This document shows, in pieces, positions 28,330-38,182 of a stretch of DNA of 64,000 nt. The stretch covers positions 18,277 through 82,276 of the IMG/VR virus record IMGVR_UViG_3300022562_001344, one strand, 5' to 3'. This stretch comes from a virus. The translations under genes and the position numbers were made by a program. Each line of letters starts with the position of its first letter. Position 1 is the first letter of the stretch. The notes beneath the pieces were generated by a model, which worked only from the letters and a program-made list of their open reading frames with translations, was not told where the DNA came from and ran no database searches.

Positions 28330-29907
28330 ATGAGTTTCCGCCGTTACGCGAACGCCATCGTCTCCCAGCCGAACATTGAGTTCGAACGTTGGATGGAAGA
28401 GCTCCGCACGGGCCATCAGGCTGCTGCGGAGGAGAAGCAAGTCGTGCGCCTGGCGAAGACGGTGCTGCGCAAGTGCGATCCGAAGCAGTATCTGCTCTCG
28501 CATGCGACCATCGTGGCCTCCGTCGACTGCTACGAGCCAGCCGACGCGAAGGTCGGGAAGTTCCTGAACCGGGACGTTGAGTGCGAGCGCCGCTGGTCGA
28601 ACTTTCGGATCAAGCCCGAATGCCAGGACATCATCAACAACAACGGGGACGCCTGGGAGCGCTCTCTCTTGCTGGCGACCTACCGCACCTTCATCGGCGC
28701 CCCGAACTACCTCGAGCACATCCAGATCCCGGAGCTCAGCAAGGGCTTCATCGTCGACGCCATCGCTCGCGATCTCGGTGAGACCTGCTACATTGACATC
28801 CTGGTCGCGACGGACCGCAAGCACAAGATGCTCGTTTCCGACATTATGGCGGAGAACATCCGCGCGATGTCGATGGGTTGCATCAGCCTCTTCACCATCT
28901 GCAACAAGTGCGGGAACGTCGCGGTCGACGACACCCAGCTCTGCCCCTGCGTCCTCTACGACGGGAAGGGGTCGACATTCAAGGACGAGACGGGGCGCGA
29001 CCACAAGCTCGCGGAGCTCATCGGGCATGTCAGTGTCCCGAATAGCAACCAGTTCATCGAGGCCTCCTGGGTCCGGAATCCGGCTTTCTCCGGTGCGCAG
29101 CGTCGAAACATCTTGAACCCGGAGTCGGCCGCCGTCGCAGCCAAGCTCGGGGATGCGGCTTCCGTTTACGAAATCCGTCGTGAGGAGATACACCTGGACG
29201 GCATGCCGCACGCGGCGTCCATGAGGCGAAGGGCGCAGGACGAGCCTGCCGACGAGGAGCCGGCGGAGTCCCCCTCCGGTGACGAGGAGGGGGCGGACGC
29301 CGGCGCGGATGACACGTCGGTTAAGGATGAGCTCGACGCGCTCGACGCGAAGTCCGACGACGGAGAGAGCGATACCCCGGAGACCGCTCCGGAGGCGCCG
29401 GCCGGGGACCATATTCAGGAGCTCGTGAACAAAGCGCAGGAGCTCCTCGTCGAGACCCTCGTAAAGGGTCTCGCGGAGAAGGTCGCCCCGAAGCCCGAGG
29501 ACGTTGGGACCGTCACCCCCGGCCTTTCTGACGCGAACTACAACGACAGCCTTATCGGGTTCGAGAAGGCTCTTCGCGCCAGGTTCCCGAACAGCCCGAA
29601 GCTTGTCAAGTGGGCGTGCAGGTCCTACCGGACCGTCCACGGCGGCGGCGCTGGGGCGATCCGGAAGGCCGGTATGTCGCCGAGGGACCTGATAGTCCTT
29701 TCATGGATCGAAGACGTCGTCAGAGAACGGCCGTACCCGGCCGCCCTATACAAGCTCGCCATGTCCGTCGGTCCCACGTCCTCATTTCCGAGCGAAGAGT
29801 CCTATCTCGCTGCCTGCGGGATCAGGGCCGGACGAAGGCTGGCTCGAAACGAAAAAGCCTTTCTCCTTTGGAAGGGCCGAATCGGATCACTCTCAGTCAA
29901 CTTTTAG
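28330..29907 (+). CDS. prohead (capsid maturation) protease with zinc-ribbon insert
   Basis: NNNGDAW, YLEH, SMGC (catalytic Ser candidate), CNKC..CPC, FIEASWVRNPAF; between portal and scaffold/MCP. Confidence 0.75.
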   Translation: MSFRRYANAIVSQPNIEFERWMEELRTGHQAAAEEKQVVRLAKTVLRKCDPKQYLLSHATIVASVDCYEPADAKVGKFLNRDVECERRWSNFRIKPECQDIINNNGDAWERSLLLATYRTFIGAPNYLEHIQIPELSKGFIVDAIARDLGETCYIDILVATDRKHKMLVSDIMAENIRAMSMGCISLFTICNKCGNVAVDDTQLCPCVLYDGKGSTFKDETGRDHKLAELIGHVSVPNSNQFIEASWVRNPAFSGAQRRNILNPESAAVAAKLGDAASVYEIRREEIHLDGMPHAASMRRRAQDEPADEEPAESPSGDEEGADAGADDTSVKDELDALDAKSDDGESDTPETAPEAPAGDHIQELVNKAQELLVETLVKGLAEKVAPKPEDVGTVTPGLSDANYNDSLIGFEKALRARFPNSPKLVKWACRSYRTVHGGGAGAIRKAGMSPRDLIVLSWIEDVVRERPYPAALYKLAMSVGPTSSFPSEESYLAACGIRAGRRLARNEKAFLLWKGRIGSLSVNF

Positions 29908-29949
29908 GGCATTGATAAAGGCCAGTCTTTTCAGGAGGCATCTGCTACA

Positions 29950-31203
29950 ATGACCACTCCCCGACAGCGCACCACCTGGTCAAAGCCTGCCGACGGGACC
30001 TCGCGTGAGGCTGCGACGTCGCGGAGGGCGGACCCTTACTCCATGAATCAGGAGCACCCCCAGCCTTCCCCCGTGGACTACGAGTCCGGGAATCCGGACG
30101 AGTGGGCGGAAACTCCGACCAAGAACGAGCTTGTGGAGGCCGGCTACGACGGCGAACACGAGGCCCGCAACGAGGTCAACTTCGCGGAGTTCAAGCCCGA
30201 GACCTTCGACCACAAGGACAACAAGGAGTGGAAGGGTCCGGGCAAGTACGACAACTCGAAGGTCTCCGCCGCGGTCCGTAAGGCCGGCGCCGCGGAGCGC
30301 GTGGCGAGGGCCACCCTTCGCACCGTCGACGAGAAGCTGATCGAGGCCCAAGCCCTCGACTTGATGGCTCTTCCGGACAAGGCCCTGGTCGCCACCCTCA
30401 AGCGTCTCGACGCCGTCTCCCCGGACGCGCTCTCGAGGGAGAGCAAGTACAAGCGTGCCATGGCGTGCTGCAAGTTCGCCGCCGACTTCCTCGGTGACGC
30501 CTCCACTCAGGACGGCGTGGAGCGCATGGGCAGTATTCTGATGAGCATCGACGACCCGACCCTCAAGGCCCTGCTCAAGGTCGCCGCCGAGCTCAGGGCT
30601 GCTCACGTCGCCGCCGAAGAGGAAGAGGAAGAGGAGTCGGACGACAAGACCTCCTCCACCCAGCAGCAGGCCCAGGCTCCGGTCTCCCAGCAGGCCCCTA
30701 CCGCCGGAGAGTCCGAGGAAGAGTCCGAGGAAGATGAGCACACCGCCGGCGGCGACGCCGGATGCCTGAGCCCCCAGGACATGGCCATGCTGGACAACAT
30801 GCTGGGCCAAGAGATGGCGGCTCCGCCCGTCGCTCCTGCTCCCACCGGCGAGCTGACGGAGCTGTTCGAGGCCCCGGCCGCGGCGCCGGTTCCCACGGCG
30901 ATGCCCGCCATGGCGAGCGACGGCCCGGACATCTCCTTCGGCGATGACGACGAGGAGCCCCGGACCGCGTCCGGCGGCGACGACGATCAGCTCGCCTCGC
31001 TGTTCAACGACAATCCCGAGGTCGTCGCCCAGCGCGAGATCGCCGCGGCAGAGGCCGAGCAGCGCGCCCGCGAGGGCGGCTATGGCCCCGTCGCCTCTGC
31101 CAGGACCGCCTCCACGGGCGCCAAGAAGCTCGGCAACGTCAGCGGCGGGAAGCCCCGCTCCGTGGACGACGAGCTCGGCAACCTCTGGGAAGGCCCCGGC
31201 TGA
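29950..31203 (+). CDS. probable capsid scaffolding protein
   Basis: AGGAGG SD; acidic, Ala/Pro-rich, between protease and capsid genes. Confidence 0.6.
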   Translation: MTTPRQRTTWSKPADGTSREAATSRRADPYSMNQEHPQPSPVDYESGNPDEWAETPTKNELVEAGYDGEHEARNEVNFAEFKPETFDHKDNKEWKGPGKYDNSKVSAAVRKAGAAERVARATLRTVDEKLIEAQALDLMALPDKALVATLKRLDAVSPDALSRESKYKRAMACCKFAADFLGDASTQDGVERMGSILMSIDDPTLKALLKVAAELRAAHVAAEEEEEEESDDKTSSTQQQAQAPVSQQAPTAGESEEESEEDEHTAGGDAGCLSPQDMAMLDNMLGQEMAAPPVAPAPTGELTELFEAPAAAPVPTAMPAMASDGPDISFGDDDEEPRTASGGDDDQLASLFNDNPEVVAQREIAAAEAEQRAREGGYGPVASARTASTGAKKLGNVSGGKPRSVDDELGNLWEGPG

Positions 31204-31207
31204 CAGA

Positions 31208-31420
31208 CTCTATCCGGTCCGGCCACCACCTAGCGGGGTGGCCGCCCGGACAGGATACCGATAGAGGATACTAAGAGACAGGTTTTTTCAGAGCGGAGGT
31301 CGAGGCACCGGAAGAAGGATCGCAAAGTCGGACCAGGACACGGGGTCGCGGGGAAACCCGGACTGAACCCATCCAGGCGAGACGAACGACCCGGACGAAC
31401 GGACCTAGGCTGACGGAACT
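31208..31420 (+). ncRNA. structured intergenic RNA / leader of capsid genes
   Basis: CTCTAT..ATAGAG closing stem, GGCCACC/GGTGGCC inner stem, CGGG-GAAA-CCCG GNRA hairpin at 31349-31360. Confidence 0.4.
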
Positions 31421-31432
31421 GAAGGAGTAAAC

Positions 31433-32098
31433 ATGGGATCGATTGGCGGACAGGCATCGGGTGACTTCACCCTGAGCCAGGGTGCCCTGCGGATCCTGTA
31501 TTCGCTCATCAAGGACAGCATCCCTGCCCTTGCGAGCGATGCATTCACGCAGGACAACCCGAACGTCGTCACCACCACTGCGGCTGTCTCTACCACGCTC
31601 CCCGCGAACGTGAAGAAGGGCGTCCTCGGAGGTTCGGTGGCGTTCACCAGGCCGGACATCGGGCAGAACACCGTCGGAGGCGCCGTGCTCGTTGCGGCCG
31701 CGTTCGTGGTGAACACCCGTCCGCTCGGCCTCTTCATCAACGACGCGCTCGGGAACTCCTACGAGAACACGCCTGCCGTGGCCTCGGGCAAGGGTCCCTA
31801 CCTGCGCGGCGGCGCGGTTGGCCTCAAGGTCTATGAGACCCAGGCGCAAACCACCAACAGCGGCGCGGCCGTTGGCGACCCCCTGACCTACGCGGTGGGC
31901 GACAAGCTCTACGCCTCGGTCAACGGGTACATCACCAACCTCTGGCAGGACTCCTACGAGTTCGGCTGGATCGACGGTGTCTCCGGTTCCGGAGCTGCCA
32001 GCGCCTGCATCGAGCCGGACGTCACCCGCCTCGGGACGCTCCTTTCACCCCCGGATTCCTCCAGCGCGGAGATGTTCTTCGAGGCCGCCTTCATCTGA
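31433..32098 (+). CDS. head decoration / cement protein
   Basis: AAGGAG SD; beta-rich 221 aa directly before MCP; RPLGLF, YAVGDKLYASVNGYIT. Confidence 0.65.
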   Translation: MGSIGGQASGDFTLSQGALRILYSLIKDSIPALASDAFTQDNPNVVTTTAAVSTTLPANVKKGVLGGSVAFTRPDIGQNTVGGAVLVAAAFVVNTRPLGLFINDALGNSYENTPAVASGKGPYLRGGAVGLKVYETQAQTTNSGAAVGDPLTYAVGDKLYASVNGYITNLWQDSYEFGWIDGVSGSGAASACIEPDVTRLGTLLSPPDSSSAEMFFEAAFI

Positions 32099-32132
32099 GG
32101 GCTGAGACGAAGAACCGAAAGGAGAACCAGAG

Positions 32133-33029
32133 ATGGTGGCAGGAAACTTCGGAGTTCAGGTCGTCGACAACTCCATCAAGGAGCAGATCGTCGACCGCTT
32201 CATCGGGTCACCCGCGGGCCGTCGCCGGCTCGCCGCCTCGATGATTCAGCCGCTCCGTGAGCGGCGAGACTACTCGTCCGTCGGCCGCAAGACCTTCTTG
32301 GTCGAGCAGCTCCCGGACGGTGCGCTTCCGATCTACGACAAGGACCCGGACGTCATCGCGTACGTGATCGGCGAAGAGGGCGAGAGCATCACCGCGGTCA
32401 TGAAGCCGCGGCGCGTGATCTTCCCGCTCTTCGAGATCGCAGCGTTGCCCAAGGCTCCGCTGACGCAGATCAAGGAGCGCCGGTACGACCTCCTCAAGCG
32501 TATGCAGGACCTCGGCAAGGCGCAGATCCAGGCTGCCGAAGACGACCGCGTCTTCAGCATCATGGACGCCATTGCGGTGAACGGCTTCGACTCGCTCCCG
32601 GGCGGGACGAACCCGGACATCCCGGTGGTGGCGCCGATCTCGCCGGCCGTCCTCGCGGACGCCTTCGCGGAGATCGAGTTCCACGACCTCAGGGTCGCTC
32701 GCGTTTACATGAACGCGAGGGACTACGCCGACATCCGCAAGTTCGGCCGCGACGTTCTCGACATCGAGAGCCAGGCCACCTTGTGGAAGACCGGCATGAT
32801 GAGCACGGGCTGGAACGCCCAGTTCATCGTGTCGCGTCTCGTCCCGGCCGGCGTGGTCTACTGCTGCTGCGAGCCCGAGATGTTCGGTCGGATCCCGGTC
32901 CGCACCGAGCTCACGGTCCTCAGCGCGGACAACCCGGAGGAGCGCACCATCGGATTCAGCATGTTCGAGAACTTGGGCATCGGCGCCTACAACCCCCGTG
33001 GGTTGGTGCGTCTGATCGTCACTCGCTGA
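32133..33029 (+). CDS. major capsid protein (HK97 fold)
   Basis: Strong SD and codon bias; LAASMIQPLR..DY..VGRK, GEEGE E-loop, QIQAAEDDRVF, ENLGIGAYNPRG; synteny. Confidence 0.88.
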   Translation: MVAGNFGVQVVDNSIKEQIVDRFIGSPAGRRRLAASMIQPLRERRDYSSVGRKTFLVEQLPDGALPIYDKDPDVIAYVIGEEGESITAVMKPRRVIFPLFEIAALPKAPLTQIKERRYDLLKRMQDLGKAQIQAAEDDRVFSIMDAIAVNGFDSLPGGTNPDIPVVAPISPAVLADAFAEIEFHDLRVARVYMNARDYADIRKFGRDVLDIESQATLWKTGMMSTGWNAQFIVSRLVPAGVVYCCCEPEMFGRIPVRTELTVLSADNPEERTIGFSMFENLGIGAYNPRGLVRLIVTR

Positions 33030-33050
33030 TCGAGCATCTGACTGAAGGTC

Positions 33051-33090
33051 CGTTTGAGCCCTGCTGGCGTAAGTCGGTGGGGCTCAAACG
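33051..33090. terminator. long hairpin between convergent MCP and HNH genes
   Basis: CGTTTGAGCCC-TGCTGGC-GTAA-GTCGGTG-GGGCTCAAACG; no clear U-tract. Confidence 0.65.
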
Positions 33091-33098
33091 TATCCGGG

Positions 33099-33668
33099 TC
33101 AGAACTTCCCCTTGAACCCCTTCGGACCGCGGACTCCGATGATCCCGGGGAGCCCCTTCCCCTTCGGAGGCCTCGTCCCTGCCTTCGGAGCCGCGTAGGA
33201 GGCCTGCCCTCGCGTCTTTCTCTTGTGGCACTTGACGCATAGCGTCTGTATGCCCTCGAGCCCGCACAGCCCGCCCCCTTCGGCCACGGGCTTGATGTGG
33301 TCCGCCTGCCACAGGGACTTCTTCGCCTCAGACGCCGTCAGGTCCAGGGACTTCAGGAGGGCGGCGTAGGCGGGGTTCCTGGCGTCCCCCGCGGACCTGA
33401 GCGCGTCCTCCAGCGCTATCCGCTGGAGGCGCGTGTCCACCCCGCACGACGCGCACTTCCCGAGGTCCCTCTCGTACACCTTCTCTCGCAGGTACCTGAC
33501 GCTCGACCGGAGTTTCCACTCGTGGACGTGGGCGTCCGAGCAGAACGTCCGGCGCGGCGGGCGCACTTCTTCCCCGCACCAGCGGCACAGCCTGAACCCG
33601 TTCGGCCCCCGCAGCCCCCGGATCTTGCGTTCGTTGTCCTTCAAGCTGTTCCGCCGCTTGAGGCCCAT
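33099..33668 (-). CDS. HNH endonuclease
   Basis: CRWC..FCS, VYERDLGKCASCG, WQADHIKPVAEGGG..IQTLCVKCHKRKT. Confidence 0.9.
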   Translation of the reverse strand: MGLKRRNSLKDNERKIRGLRGPNGFRLCRWCGEEVRPPRRTFCSDAHVHEWKLRSSVRYLREKVYERDLGKCASCGVDTRLQRIALEDALRSAGDARNPAYAALLKSLDLTASEAKKSLWQADHIKPVAEGGGLCGLEGIQTLCVKCHKRKTRGQASYAAPKAGTRPPKGKGLPGIIGVRGPKGFKGKF

Positions 33669-33739
33669 GACGTACCCTACGGAATCGCGAGTTTTGTTTG
33701 ACCTCCGGACGTCTGCCCCTCTTATGCTCCATAGCAGGC

Positions 33740-36505
33740 ATGGGGATCTCCCTAGATAGAGCCGCCCGGGCTCTCATGGATGCACCTGATGTCGCCAAGG
33801 CTGCCCGGGCCCTCATAGATGGGTTTGACGTCGTCAAGGCTGCCCGAGTGCGTGCCGCCTGGTCTCCGGTCTCCGTCCGCGTCGCCGTCCGTTTCTTGGA
33901 GGCCGCTAAGGTTGATGACCTGATAGCCGCCAATCCGGACCTGGAGTATGAGATTAGGGAGCTCTCCGAGGAGGATCCGTCCAAGAAGGGTAAGTACCTC
34001 GAGTGGAGCGTCAAGCAGTTGAAGATGAAAGCCAAAATGGAGGACTTGGTTCCGACCATTCGGGCGTTTCACGAAAACCAGCCGAGGTTCGAGAAGAAAG
34101 ACATCAATCAGTACAAGACACTGAAGGAGCTCGAGGACGCGGTCAAGGCCCTCCCGGAGTCGAAAACCAAGGAGAAAGCCCGGGTGAAGTCCGAAGGGTC
34201 CAAAAAACTATGGGAGAACGACACCCACGCTCTGTTCAGGATCGAGACCCGCGACGCCTGCATCCAATATGGGAAGGGCACCAAGTGGTGCATAACCATG
34301 AGGGCGCACAACTACTGGGAGTCGTACAAGAGCGGCAATAACGTCTTTTACTTCTTGATCGACAAGAGGCAGTCCGAGCCCGAGAAGGAGAGCGATAACT
34401 TCTCTGACGTCAAGAGCCCTAACCAGTATTCGAAGATCGCGTGGGCCGTCCGCAGAAATATGGAGGACAACAGCGTTGAAAGCGTCACGATCTTCGATGC
34501 CAGAGACAAGGTGATCAATAAGCGGACCATCCCGGGTATACCGGAGTTCGCCCAGATCAATCAGATGGTCATTGATGACGCACCGAACGCTCCGGACGGA
34601 CCTATCGTCTCCATGCGGAAGGGTACCATCACACCCAAGGAGCTCTACGATTACCTGTCAGTCCTGGACTCTCAGACCTTGATCGCCAACATTCAGTATG
34701 TGCAGTCCAGTGAACAAAACGACCCGGTTCTGTTCAAGATCCTGGATCTGAAGAAGGACGGCCTGTCGGAGCGCGGCATCTTGGCGATTTTGGATCGTGT
34801 CAAAGGAGGGACGTCGGAGGCGGACGAATTCTTCTTGAAGCTCGCCAGGGAGGGCGTGAAGATCAACCTTGATCGTGTGCAACAGGGACCCGAGTTTGAT
34901 GAGATTTTGAAAATTCGCATGGAGGGCGAGCCTGACTTTCTTGGCGTCCACACCAATGCCAAATATATCGCCAAGATCTCGGACGATGGGCTTCGCGAGA
35001 AGCTCGCCGATAAGTATAAGGGCCGGATGGCGGAGCTTGGAATCATCAAAGATAAGGACGCCCTGGAGAAGTTTCTTCACGACGAGGATCCGAAAGTTCG
35101 TGAGTCCACGATCAGAGGTTTGCAGACTTTCCAAGTCGACATGCTCGGCAACATCCTCAAAATGGTGGACGACCCGGACCCGTTGGTTCGGAAGGCGTTG
35201 GCCGACGTCCCGGCTTGGGCCTGGAAGAAATCTGATGTGCCCCCGGAGCAGCTCCATGAGGTCCTCGTGAAGCTCCTACACGACGAGGATCACGGTGTTG
35301 TGGAGAGCGCTGTCAACGGCGACCTCTCAAAGGTCGACCACGAAATCCTCAGGAAGATTTCGAAGCATCCGAGCGAGAAGGTTCGGGCGAAGTTCCACTC
35401 CAACCCGCAAGTCGACGAGGGCCTGAAGCCCATGAACGACGAGTCAGACGTCGTCAGGCGGTCGATCATCAATCACCGGAAGCTGAGTCAAGACCAGCTC
35501 GACCGGATGGCGAAGAGCGAGGACGTGAACGACAGGAAGCTCGCCCTCAACTATGTCCAGGAGAAGGGGTATGGCCCGAGCGGCAACTGGACATCTTCTG
35601 GGGCAAAGAATGTTCGTGAGTTCGCGAGCAGGCTCTTGAAGGACGCCGATCCCGGGGTTCGGATGTTGGCCAACGAGGTCATGTTCATATATGGTGGTCG
35701 ATACGACACGACGGGCTTCGAAAACTCAACTAACCCGACTGTGGTTCAGGAGTGGATTGGAATAGACCCCGAGCGGGCGAAGTCCGCGTTGGAAAAGCCG
35801 CCCTCGCAGCTCAACGAGGGAGGAGTCGACAGAATTCAGTCTTATGCCAAGACTGTGCTCGCTGTCAACGAGCTCATGGGTTATCTGTCGGGGAAGAGGG
35901 ACGACCTGCCGGAGATGCCGAACAGGAGTTTGTCGACGGTGACGACCTTGCTTCCGAAGGAGTATTTGCCAAAGCTGCTTGAGAAACTCCCGTTCCCTAA
36001 TATGGAGCAGTGGTCATATTATGGGGTCTTTGAGGACCTTGCCAAGAGAATGGACAGCAAGTACGCGATGGAGATTTTGACGAAGATTCCAAACCCGTAC
36101 TATGCTCCTACGGCCGTCACCGCGCTGTTCAAGAAGCTTAGTCAGGACGACATCCGGAAATTCATCGACTCCGACAGCACTATAATCCGGCTGACCGTGG
36201 CCCGTCGCATTGACAAAGCGCACCTCCCGGAGTTGATGGACGACACGGATAACGAGATCCGCAGAGTCGTGGCCGAGAGGATAGACCCGGAGCACTTGCC
36301 GAAGATGATGAAGGACACCGATCCGAAGGTCCGGAGGCGGGTGGCCGAGAGGATCGCCCCGGAATACCTCGAGCAAATGCGGAAGGACAAGAGCATCAAG
36401 GTCCGGGGCATTGTCAAGGAGCGCCTCGGACTGGCGAGCCTCAGCACGCGCGAGCTATTGGCGACCGTGTACCTGGTGGCCGAGGGCTTCTGTTCGCCTT
36501 ACTAA
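33740..36505 (+). CDS. large protein: jumbo-phage 'TKWC' domain plus HEAT/LRV repeats
   Basis: DPSKKGKYLEW, KDINQYK, YGKGTKWCIT; repeated DxDxxVR units; 24-aa repeats at C-terminus. Confidence 0.8.
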   Translation: MGISLDRAARALMDAPDVAKAARALIDGFDVVKAARVRAAWSPVSVRVAVRFLEAAKVDDLIAANPDLEYEIRELSEEDPSKKGKYLEWSVKQLKMKAKMEDLVPTIRAFHENQPRFEKKDINQYKTLKELEDAVKALPESKTKEKARVKSEGSKKLWENDTHALFRIETRDACIQYGKGTKWCITMRAHNYWESYKSGNNVFYFLIDKRQSEPEKESDNFSDVKSPNQYSKIAWAVRRNMEDNSVESVTIFDARDKVINKRTIPGIPEFAQINQMVIDDAPNAPDGPIVSMRKGTITPKELYDYLSVLDSQTLIANIQYVQSSEQNDPVLFKILDLKKDGLSERGILAILDRVKGGTSEADEFFLKLAREGVKINLDRVQQGPEFDEILKIRMEGEPDFLGVHTNAKYIAKISDDGLREKLADKYKGRMAELGIIKDKDALEKFLHDEDPKVRESTIRGLQTFQVDMLGNILKMVDDPDPLVRKALADVPAWAWKKSDVPPEQLHEVLVKLLHDEDHGVVESAVNGDLSKVDHEILRKISKHPSEKVRAKFHSNPQVDEGLKPMNDESDVVRRSIINHRKLSQDQLDRMAKSEDVNDRKLALNYVQEKGYGPSGNWTSSGAKNVREFASRLLKDADPGVRMLANEVMFIYGGRYDTTGFENSTNPTVVQEWIGIDPERAKSALEKPPSQLNEGGVDRIQSYAKTVLAVNELMGYLSGKRDDLPEMPNRSLSTVTTLLPKEYLPKLLEKLPFPNMEQWSYYGVFEDLAKRMDSKYAMEILTKIPNPYYAPTAVTALFKKLSQDDIRKFIDSDSTIIRLTVARRIDKAHLPELMDDTDNEIRRVVAERIDPEHLPKMMKDTDPKVRRRVAERIAPEYLEQMRKDKSIKVRGIVKERLGLASLSTRELLATVYLVAEGFCSPY

Positions 36506-36529
36506 CCTGACTTCGGTGTAGGTTCTGCC

Positions 36530-36811
36530 ATGGCAACGTCACGTCGTAGCGGCCAGCGGAATCCTGCCATTGGCCAGGAACCTGGGATTTCCCTCATCAA
36601 TCTCACGAAGGACCTCAAGAAGTTCGTCCGCATGGACTTCGGGGGCCGGGACCAAGACCGGGTCATCGCCAATCGGCTTCGGGAGGACGGGATCCCGGTG
36701 AACCCGGACACCGTCGCAGCCTACCGCTCCGGCGCCCTGCGTACCAGGGACACGATCAAAAGGTACTTCGGCCCCCGTTTCGACCAGATCCGGGCCACGA
36801 TCGGCTTCTGA
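36530..36811 (+). CDS. hypothetical protein
   Basis: GTAGGTT-N5-ATG; 93 aa. Confidence 0.65.
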   Translation: MATSRRSGQRNPAIGQEPGISLINLTKDLKKFVRMDFGGRDQDRVIANRLREDGIPVNPDTVAAYRSGALRTRDTIKRYFGPRFDQIRATIGF

Positions 36812-36816
36812 CTCGT

Positions 36817-37113
36817 TTGGAGACCAGGGACGTACAGAAGAAAGGCTTCCACGAGAGGTTCCACATCGACTCTCGCAAGCGGAAGTGGCTCTTCCTGCAG
36901 AGGGGGAAGCTCACGGACGAGGCCGGTCCGAACAGCGCCGGCCGCGCGTGGAACGAGGGGAAGCTTGTCTGGATCTGCACCTCGTGCGGTGGCGTCGAGC
37001 CCGTTAGGTACGACTACCTCGTCCACGACGAGGCCACGGTCCCGGACCCTACAGAGCAGCTCGACGCCCACGACTGCGACCTCGAGAGGATCCGTCAGGT
37101 GATGGATGCCTGA
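36817..37113 (+). CDS. small Zn-binding-like protein with IxxVMxx tag
   Basis: CTSC; ends CDLERIRQVMDA. Confidence 0.65.
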   Translation: METRDVQKKGFHERFHIDSRKRKWLFLQRGKLTDEAGPNSAGRAWNEGKLVWICTSCGGVEPVRYDYLVHDEATVPDPTEQLDAHDCDLERIRQVMDA

Positions 37114-37357
37114 TTTCCCGGACCCGGGCGTCCCGCGTCTGTCCCGGGAACAGGTGGACCTCGTCCTCCAAGCCGGCCTCCAGAAGAAGACCCGGAGGAA
37201 CTCGGCCCGCGGATACCTCGTCGGGACCGTTTTTAGGGAGTCCGAGGGCCTGTTCGTTGTCTACGAGAAGCACCTGAGCATCGGGACCAGCTCCACTTAC
37301 TATTTGTGCCGGCTTCCGCCGGACCTCGAGGCTCTGGTCGAGGTGATGGGGTCCTGA
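37106..37357 (+). CDS. small protein with LxxVMxx tag
   Basis: ends DLEALVEVMGS. Confidence 0.6.
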   Translation: MPDFPDPGVPRLSREQVDLVLQAGLQKKTRRNSARGYLVGTVFRESEGLFVVYEKHLSIGTSSTYYLCRLPPDLEALVEVMGS

Positions 37358-37372
37358 TCTGTACGGTGCTGC

Positions 37373-37852
37373 ATGCAGCACCCGCTTCACGTCGGCCAGG
37401 TCTTCCGTTGTCCGAAGTTCCGTTCCCTCGTCCACGAGATCGACCGGGACGCGAGCCCTCCGAAGCTCGATAAGACGCGCCTGCATTTCGACTCTCCTGC
37501 GACCGTCCGCATCCCGTGGACCGAGAAGGGTCCGGACGGATGGGAGCGCAAGCATGAACACCGCGTGGAGGTCCTTGTCGAGGACCCCGAAAGTCTCGCA
37601 TGGGAGAGCTTCACGGTCACTGAGGTGGACCTGACCGGCGGGGGCAACGGGCATGGCCCGAATGACGTCTACCCTGACGGACATCGGGTCACCGCTCGCG
37701 GCACCTCCGGACGGACAGTCCGCTTTTACCAGACTGGGTGTTTCACCGGGATCGTCAAGCCGGAGGACGTGGAGCTCCTCGATGGGCCTCCGGACGTCCC
37801 CGGCCGGTGGAGGAAGGTCTTCACCGCCGAGTACGAGACCCAAGCGCCGTAG
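37373..37852 (+). CDS. hypothetical phage protein
   Basis: GTACGGT-N5-ATG; GGGNGHGPNDVYPDGHRVTAR, FYQTGCF. Confidence 0.75.
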   Translation: MQHPLHVGQVFRCPKFRSLVHEIDRDASPPKLDKTRLHFDSPATVRIPWTEKGPDGWERKHEHRVEVLVEDPESLAWESFTVTEVDLTGGGNGHGPNDVYPDGHRVTARGTSGRTVRFYQTGCFTGIVKPEDVELLDGPPDVPGRWRKVFTAEYETQAP

Positions 37853-37889
37853 GTCTCGGTATGGCTCCTTTATCGTAGCCGGAGGCGAG

Positions 37890-38174
37890 ATGTCCCAGAT
37901 AGCGAAGCGAGTCGCGGCCAGGTTCCTCGAGGGAGAGGACGTCCAGAAACCGAGCCCCGGCGAGGTCCTTTCCGCCGTTACGGAGGTGCAGAGAGTGCTG
38001 CACCAGGTCGTGAGGAAGCACGTCGTCCCGGATGACGCGACCCCGGACGAGAAGCGAAGGCTTGGCGCGATCCTCGCCAGCGTCAAGGCCATGTACGACA
38101 GGTCCGAGGAAGTACGCCTCGATCTGGACGAGTGGCTTATCGACTACGGGGAGGCCAGGAAGGCTCGTCCGTAG
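37890..38174 (+). CDS. small protein with RVAARFLE N-terminal tag
   Basis: GGAGG SD; MSQIAKRVAARFLEG. Confidence 0.7.
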   Translation: MSQIAKRVAARFLEGEDVQKPSPGEVLSAVTEVQRVLHQVVRKHVVPDDATPDEKRRLGAILASVKAMYDRSEEVRLDLDEWLIDYGEARKARP

Positions 38175-38182
38175 GTCTCGTC

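Noticed and set aside
27922-29640. 572-aa minus-strand ORF (and similar long antisense ORFs at 26680, 49839, 16887, 13197)
   Set aside because: Antisense to well-supported genes; expected in GC-rich, codon-biased DNA; no motifs
32096-32112. TGAG heptads upstream of MCP (TGAGGGC TGAGACG)
   Set aside because: Only two units in register; too weak
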